Shown here in pieces: positions 16,718-22,144 of a DNA stretch of 22,144 nt. Under the pieces are notes generated by a model. The model was not told the origin of the DNA and did no database searches. It worked only from the letters and a program-made list of their open reading frames with translations. A program made the translations under genes and the position numbers. Numbering within the stretch: position 1 is the first letter of the stretch; each line of letters starts with the position of its first letter. Origin of the DNA: a virus; the IMG/VR virus record IMGVR_UViG_3300025141_000863, one strand, 5' to 3'.

Positions 16718-17766
16718 TGAGAATTGAACAAGAGATAAAATTAAATTTTGAAGATGTTTTATTAAAACCAAAACGATCTACATTAAATTCTAGAAAAGAC
16801 ATAGACTTATGTAGAGACTTTACGTTTAAAAACTCAGGTAAGAAACTTTCAGTTGTACCAATCATGGCGTCAAATATGGACGGAGTTGGTACTTTCTCAG
16901 TAGCAAAAATACTTCAAAAATATAAAATGATAACAGTTATTAAAAAGAGTTATACTGTTGAAGATTGGAATAATGCGATTGAATCAGGACTTGATATGGA
17001 ATATGTTTCTATTTGTGCTGGGACAAATGCGATTTGGGATAATGAAACTCAAGACTATCAAACTCTTAAAACTGTTATGGATCGTTTTCCTGATATACCA
17101 AGTATTTGTATTGATGTAGCTAATGGATATCATCAACAGTTTATAGATTTTGTAAAAAGAATACGAAATGAATTTCCTGATAAAATTATCATTGCAGGAA
17201 ATGTTATTACTAGCGAAATGGTGGAAGAACTTATTATTAGTGGAGCAGACATCGTTAAGTGTGGTATTGGTCCGGGATCAGTATGTACTACACGTACTCA
17301 AACAGGAGTAGGCGTACCACAGTTATCAGGAATTATTGAATGTGCAGACGCTGCAAATGGAGTAGATGGACATATTATTGCAGATGGAGGTTGTACTACT
17401 CCCGGAGATATTGGTAAAGCATTAGGAGCAGGGGCTCATTTCGTTATGTTAGGTGGAATGTTAGCAGGACATAATGAATCAGAAAAAGAAGTAAACTTTG
17501 GAAATATTGAATTTTATGGAATGAGTTCTGACAAAGCTTATGAAATACATGGTGCTAGAAAAGATGGATATAAAGGAACAGAGGGAAAAGCAATATTGAT
17601 TCCTTCAAGAGGAGCGATTACTAACTCGATAGAGGAGATACTAGGTGGTGTTAGAAGTGCCTGTACCTATATCGGAGCAAGACGAATTAAAGATATGCCT
17701 AAATGTGCTACTTTTGTTCGTACACATAATATAATTAATAAGGTATACAATAAATACGAAATATGA
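16717..17766 (+). CDS. guaC: GMP reductase
   Basis: MRIEQEIKLNFEDVLLKPKRSTL, ASNMDGVGTF, CIDVANG, GIGPGSVCTTR (catalytic Cys), IIADGG, MLGGMLAGH, EGK: E. coli-type GuaC. Confidence 0.93.
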   Translation: MRIEQEIKLNFEDVLLKPKRSTLNSRKDIDLCRDFTFKNSGKKLSVVPIMASNMDGVGTFSVAKILQKYKMITVIKKSYTVEDWNNAIESGLDMEYVSICAGTNAIWDNETQDYQTLKTVMDRFPDIPSICIDVANGYHQQFIDFVKRIRNEFPDKIIIAGNVITSEMVEELIISGADIVKCGIGPGSVCTTRTQTGVGVPQLSGIIECADAANGVDGHIIADGGCTTPGDIGKALGAGAHFVMLGGMLAGHNESEKEVNFGNIEFYGMSSDKAYEIHGARKDGYKGTEGKAILIPSRGAITNSIEEILGGVRSACTYIGARRIKDMPKCATFVRTHNIINKVYNKYEI

Positions 17767-18080
17767 AAGATGTAATAAGAATAGATAAACTTCCAAAACC
17801 ATATGGAGAATATATATTGGTTAAAAGGGAAGAGCCAGAAGAAGAAATGAGAGATAGTGGTATAATAATACCTTATCAACATAGAAAGTTATCTCAATTA
17901 GGAGATGTTGTTGACTTGGGTAATTATGCTAAAAGAACAAAGAAAGGAGAAATCCCTTTTGATGTTAAAATTGGGGATCAAGTTCTATTTAAATGGCACT
18001 CTGCCACAACAGTATTAGAGCTTGGTGAAGAACAATATCTTCTATTAAAAGAAGATGATATAATAATAGTGGTGAATTAA
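17763..18080 (+). CDS. groES: co-chaperonin GroES (Cpn10)
   Basis: P.G..ILVK, mobile loop SGIIIP, VKIGDQVLF, YLLLKEDDII. Confidence 0.9.
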   Translation: MKDVIRIDKLPKPYGEYILVKREEPEEEMRDSGIIIPYQHRKLSQLGDVVDLGNYAKRTKKGEIPFDVKIGDQVLFKWHSATTVLELGEEQYLLLKEDDIIIVVN

Positions 18081-18520
18081 TGATAGATTCAAGAGCAAAG
18101 GGAGCAGCAGGCGAAAGACAAGTAAGAGATATATTAAGAAAATATACAGAGTTAGAGTGGCAAAGAGTACCTCATTCAGGTGCATTAAGTTTTATGAAAG
18201 GAGATTTATTTGTTCCTAATACACATAATAATTATTGTGTAGAAGTAAAGTTTTATAAACATAGTCATTTTAACGATAAAGTGCTAACAAATAGTACAAA
18301 TCAATTTATTAGTTGGTGGGAACAAACAACAAAACAAGCTAAATTAGCAGGCGCAAAGCCTTTATTATTCTTTAAATATAATAGAAGTAAAATTTTTGTA
18401 GCTACAAGAGATAAACCAGAAACAGTAAAGAACTATATGTATGTTAATCATTTAGATTGTTATGTAATGGAATCAACTGGATGGCTTCAATATGAAGAAC
18501 AAGGGTTTATAAATGGCTAA
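18080..18520 (+). CDS. D14: PD-(D/E)xK Holliday junction resolvase-like nuclease, T5 D14-like
   Basis: SRAKGAAGER, RVPHSGA, GDL, VEVK, PLLFFK; immediately before D15. Confidence 0.88.
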   Translation: MIDSRAKGAAGERQVRDILRKYTELEWQRVPHSGALSFMKGDLFVPNTHNNYCVEVKFYKHSHFNDKVLTNSTNQFISWWEQTTKQAKLAGAKPLLFFKYNRSKIFVATRDKPETVKNYMYVNHLDCYVMESTGWLQYEEQGFING

Positions 18521-19355
18521 AACATTTTCACAGTTAGGAGCGGAAGCTCCTAAGAGTAGAGTACTAGTAATAGATGCTCTAAATTTAGGTTTTAGATGGA
18601 AACATCAAGGAAGAACTGATTTTCGCGAAGATTATATGAGAACAGTAGAATCTTTTGCTAGTTCTTATAATTGCGGAACAATAATTATTACTGCGGATAA
18701 AGGTAATAGTATGTACAGAAAGGATATATATCCAGAGTACAAATTAAATCGTAAAGAAAAGTATGATTTACAAACTGAAGAAGAGAGACAAGCGTTTTTA
18801 GAATTCTTTAAAGAACTAGAAGCTACTTTAAAACTAATGCATAAGAAATGGTTAGTTTTACAATATGGCGGAGTTGAAGCAGATGATCTAGCTGCTTATA
18901 TAGTGCGAAATCTAGATAAATATGATATTTCGCATATTTGGTTAATAAGTACTGATAGAGATTGGGATTTATTAATTAGTGAAAAAGTGTCGAGATTTTC
19001 ATATATAAATAGAAAAGAAACTACTTTTTCAAATTGGCAAGAAAACCATAATTATAATATAGAAGATTATATTACTATAAAATGTTTAATGGGAGATTCT
19101 GGAGATAACATAAAAGGTATTCCCGGAATTGGACCTAAAAGAGCAGAGGTATTAGCTGAAGAATATGGTACAGCATTTGATGTATATGATGCTTGTCCTA
19201 TAGATAGTAAGTATAAATATATTCAATCTTTGAATGAAAATGTTGATGTAATACTTCGTAATTATGAAATAATGGATTTACTTGCTTTTTGTGAAGAAGC
19301 AATAGGAATAGACAATGTAGTTAATGTAGATAATTTATTATCAAGCCATATTTAA
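18513..19355 (+). CDS. D15: 5'-3' exonuclease / flap endonuclease, T5 D15-like
   Basis: VIDALNLGFR, YKLNRK, VEADD, STDRDWD, GDSGDNIKGIPGIGPKRA (H3TH). Confidence 0.96.
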   Translation: MAKTFSQLGAEAPKSRVLVIDALNLGFRWKHQGRTDFREDYMRTVESFASSYNCGTIIITADKGNSMYRKDIYPEYKLNRKEKYDLQTEEERQAFLEFFKELEATLKLMHKKWLVLQYGGVEADDLAAYIVRNLDKYDISHIWLISTDRDWDLLISEKVSRFSYINRKETTFSNWQENHNYNIEDYITIKCLMGDSGDNIKGIPGIGPKRAEVLAEEYGTAFDVYDACPIDSKYKYIQSLNENVDVILRNYEIMDLLAFCEEAIGIDNVVNVDNLLSSHI

Positions 19356-19365
19356 GGAGTAAATC

Positions 19366-21330
19366 ATGGCAAGTACTAGAGCACAAGTTATTACAAGGAG
19401 AACCTATAACAGACCATTAAATAGCGAAGGAACAAAATTCGAAACATGGGAGCAAACAATTGGTAGGGTTATTGCCCATCAAAAATGGTTATGGGAGAGA
19501 GCAAAAGGAGAAACTAGACTCAATAATGATGAATGGAATGAGTTAGTAGAATTACAAGAATTATTAGTAGATAGAAAAGCACTAATGGCAGGTAGAACTT
19601 TGTGGCTAGGAGATACAGAAATATCTCGTAGACGAGAAAGTTCTATGTTTAACTGTTCATTTACAATAGTAGAAACAGTATACGACTTAGTAGATGTTCT
19701 ATGGCTTTTATTACAGGGTTGTGGAGTAGGCTTTAAACCAATTACTGGAACTTTAAATGGTTTTTATAAACCAATAGAAGATATTAAAGTAATACATACA
19801 CAACGAACAGGAAAAGGTGGAATAGAGGATAATATAGAAACGTGGGACGAAGATACTAAAATATGGACTTTAACTATTGGAGATTCCGCGGAATCATGGG
19901 CAAAAAGTATTGGAAAGCTATTAGCTGGAAAATATCCTGCAAAGAAATTAGTTCTTGATTTTTCTGAAATAAGACCTTCGGGAGAAAGACTAAAAGGATA
20001 TGGTTGGATTTCTTCTGGAAGCGAAGCAATAGGCAAAGCCTATTTAGAAATATCAAAAATATTAAATCTACGAAGTGGGAATCTTTTAAGAAAGATGGAT
20101 ATTTTAGATATAGTTAATTGGCTCGGTACTGTATTATCTTCAAGAAGAAGTGCAGAGTTAGCCTTGTTTGATTATGGAGAACCTGAATGGGAAGATTTCT
20201 CAGTATCAAAGAAAGACTGGTGGACGAACGGTAATGAACAAAGACAGCAAAGTAATAATTCTTTACTCTTTAGATTTAAACCAGCAAAAGAAGAATTAGC
20301 CCATATATTTGAATTAATGGCTGATTCAGGTGGCTCTGAGCCGGGCTTTATAAATGGCATGGCTGCACTAGAACGAGCCCCATGGTTTAAAGGAGTTAAT
20401 CCTTGTGCTGAAATCCTATTAGGAAATAAAACATTCTGTAATTTAACAGAAATTGATTTAGGAAAATTTATGGGAGATCATGCGGGATTGATTAGAGCTT
20501 TAAAATTAACTGCAAGAGCAAATTACCGCCAAACTTGTGTAGACCTAAATGATGGTGTTCTACAAGAAGCTTGGCATCTTAATAACCAATTCCTACATCT
20601 GTGTGGGGTAGGACTAACTGGCATTGCCAGAAGAAAGAACTTAGGAGCTTATGATTACAAACAAATGCAAAGAATCGCAACATCAGCAGCATATCGTATG
20701 GCTGATGAACTGGATTTACCCAGACCAAAAAATGTTACAACTGTCAAACCCTCGGGAACACTTAGCAAGATTATGGATACTACTGAAGGTGTGCACAAGC
20801 CTCTTGGTAAATATATCTTTAATAACGTTAATTTTTCTAAGCACGATCCTCTTATTGATATTCTCCGTAGTGCTAATTATAATGTATTTGATCATCCTAC
20901 CGATCCAGAAGGTATATTGGTTACTTTTCCCATACATTACAAAGATGTGGAGTTTGATAAGAAAAATAAAAAGGAAGTTAACTTAGAAAGTGCTATAGAT
21001 CAATTAGAAAGATACAAATTATTACAAAATAATTGGTGTCAACAAAATGTTAGTGCTACAATTAGTTATAGTCCTGATGAGGTTGATAGTATAATCGAAT
21101 GGTTATATCATAATTGGGATAATTATGTTGGAGTAGCTTTTATGTATAGAGCTGATCCAACTAAAACTGCGAAAGACTTAGGTTACTTATATCTACCACA
21201 AGAAGTAGTAACTAAACAAGAATACGATACATATGTGGAAAGACTTCTTCCTATTGATTTAGAAGGTGCAAATACTTTTGAAGAATTAAAAGAAGAAGAA
21301 TGTACAACGGGCGCTTGCCCAATTAAATAG
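19366..21330 (+). CDS. nrdJ: monomeric class II (adenosylcobalamin-dependent) ribonucleoside-triphosphate reductase
   Basis: AGRTLW, FNCSF, GCGVGF, RRSAE, EPGFIN, NPCAE (thiyl Cys/Glu), CNL, TTVKPSGT, C-terminal CTTGAC redox pair. Confidence 0.93.
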   Translation: MASTRAQVITRRTYNRPLNSEGTKFETWEQTIGRVIAHQKWLWERAKGETRLNNDEWNELVELQELLVDRKALMAGRTLWLGDTEISRRRESSMFNCSFTIVETVYDLVDVLWLLLQGCGVGFKPITGTLNGFYKPIEDIKVIHTQRTGKGGIEDNIETWDEDTKIWTLTIGDSAESWAKSIGKLLAGKYPAKKLVLDFSEIRPSGERLKGYGWISSGSEAIGKAYLEISKILNLRSGNLLRKMDILDIVNWLGTVLSSRRSAELALFDYGEPEWEDFSVSKKDWWTNGNEQRQQSNNSLLFRFKPAKEELAHIFELMADSGGSEPGFINGMAALERAPWFKGVNPCAEILLGNKTFCNLTEIDLGKFMGDHAGLIRALKLTARANYRQTCVDLNDGVLQEAWHLNNQFLHLCGVGLTGIARRKNLGAYDYKQMQRIATSAAYRMADELDLPRPKNVTTVKPSGTLSKIMDTTEGVHKPLGKYIFNNVNFSKHDPLIDILRSANYNVFDHPTDPEGILVTFPIHYKDVEFDKKNKKEVNLESAIDQLERYKLLQNNWCQQNVSATISYSPDEVDSIIEWLYHNWDNYVGVAFMYRADPTKTAKDLGYLYLPQEVVTKQEYDTYVERLLPIDLEGANTFEELKEEECTTGACPIK

Positions 21331-21339
21331 GAGAAAATA

Positions 21340-21570
21340 ATGGTTACAGAAGTAACAGACCAAGAACCAGTATTAGTACTCAACGAAAAGAAATATATCA
21401 TTAATGATCTTTCAGATGAAGCAAAAGCTTGTATCATTCAATTACAGAATGTACAAGGTCAGATGAATCAAACAACATCTACCTTTGAACAGCTTCAAAT
21501 GGCATTTAATGGTTTTAATGAAAAATTAGCAGAGCTCGTTGAAGAAACTGATGCAGAAACAGTCAATTAA
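21340..21570 (+). CDS. small acidic coiled-coil protein, DUF6447-like
   Basis: AGGAG RBS; LVLNEKKY...DLSDEAK...QLQ followed by coiled coil, a pattern recalled from DUF6447-type phage proteins. Confidence 0.65.
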   Translation: MVTEVTDQEPVLVLNEKKYIINDLSDEAKACIIQLQNVQGQMNQTTSTFEQLQMAFNGFNEKLAELVEETDAETVN

Positions 21571-21573
21571 AAG

Positions 21574-21599
21574 AAAACCCGCTTAATGCGGGTTTTTTT
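21574..21599. terminator. bidirectional Rho-independent terminator between convergent early and late regions
   Basis: AAAACCCGC (21574-21582), TTAAT loop, GCGGGTTTT (21588-21596), with T-tracts available on both strands. Confidence 0.9.
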
Positions 21600-21600
21600 A

Positions 21601-21621
21601 TATCCTATATCCTATATCCTA
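21601..21621. repeat. tandem repeat (TATCCTA)x3
   Basis: Three exact 7-bp copies between the terminator and the tail-gene stop. Confidence 0.9.
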
Positions 21622-21624
21622 TTA

Positions 21625-22144
21625 TTATGCGTTCTCCAATGCTTCTACTTTTGCTGAAAGTTCTTTAACCGCACTTATTAATATTGGAACCAATCTTTCA
21701 TATCTCATTCCATAATTTCCAAACTCATTATCATCCACAAGAAGACTTGTATCATTATTACTTCCATAACCATTAGCCTGTTCAACAGCTAATACCGCTT
21801 GTGCTGATAATCCTATTTCTAATGAATCTTCTTTATGTGTTCCGTCTGGAACAACTGCTAATATAGCTTCTTTTGTTACTTCACCCTCGATATAGTTAAG
21901 TCGTTTATCCCATTTATAAGTAATAGGCTGCATAGCATTAACCCAATCTAAACCACCTGAAAAATCAGTTTGTTCTGCTTTATCTCTTGCATCAGACCCT
22001 GTTGTTACAGATACATAGCAATAAAAATTAGTTATAGAACCATCTCCTAAAATTACACGATTACTTTCAGCGTTCATGTAAGGTCCAACAGTACCATGTC
22101 CAGCATCATGACCGATTATAATATTATTATCCCCAGCTGTAAGA
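21625..22144 (-). CDS. tail fibre/spike C-terminus with peptidase S74 intramolecular chaperone (5'-truncated by window)
   Basis: SDARDK, PITYKW, IGLSAQ, Y..LVP.L..AVKEL coiled coil. The frame stays open to the window edge (LTAGDNNIIIGHDAG...), so ATG 22077 is internal. Confidence 0.9.
   Translation of the reverse strand, partial: LTAGDNNIIIGHDAGHGTVGPYMNAESNRVILGDGSITNFYCYVSVTTGSDARDKAEQTDFSGGLDWVNAMQPITYKWDKRLNYIEGEVTKEAILAVVPDGTHKEDSLEIGLSAQAVLAVEQANGYGSNNDTSLLVDDNEFGNYGMRYERLVPILISAVKELSAKVEALENA

Noticed and set aside
19949-19960. TAGTTCTTGAT, near match to the promoter motif inside nrdJ
   Set aside because: No -10 element at 17 bp; explained by the coding sequence (LVLDF).
4087-21437. 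Antisense and alternate-frame ORFs in the track (e.g. 4087-4392, 5640-5837, 6783-7007, 10365-10568, 11156-11404, 13023-13450, 14905-15803, 16198-16431, 16668-16865, 17667-17882, 19764-20986, 21183-21437)
   Set aside because: They shadow well-supported genes, lack RBS and motifs, and have composition typical of off-frame reading.
1-22144. tRNA, rRNA, CRISPR array, integrase or IS elements
   Set aside because: No cloverleaf, repeat-spacer pattern, recombinase or transposase motif was seen; non-coding gaps are too short for most of these.

Overview
This is an AT-rich segment of a lytic T5-like (Demerecviridae-related) tailed phage, probably aquatic. Positions ~125-21570 form one + strand DNA replication, recombination and nucleotide metabolism region that keeps the T5 gene order: D3, T5.114-like, PC4-like SSB, split NAD-dependent ligase A/B, D5, DnaB-like helicase, primase, family A polymerase, T5.123-like, D10 helicase, T5.125-like, D11 SSB, D12/D13 (SbcD/SbcC-like), D14 resolvase and D15 flap endonuclease. 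It ends at a bidirectional terminator facing the 3' end of a - strand tail fibre gene with an S74 chaperone domain. Three accessory cassettes are inserted into this scaffold with overlapping stop/start codons: (1) SET-domain methyltransferase + GT-A glycosyltransferase + 35-aa membrane peptide between helicase and primase; (2) a 3-TM protein + 28-aa membrane peptide after the polymerase; (3) HExxH metallopeptidase-like protein + three small ORFs + GMP reductase + GroES between D13 and D14. A monomeric class II (B12-dependent) ribonucleotide reductase sits where T5 has dUTPase. Four sigma70 promoters share an extended TARTTCTTGAC motif. Five small ORFs missing from the supplied ORF track were found by hand translation. 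Family assignments come from recognised motifs and recalled T5 synteny; no database search was run.
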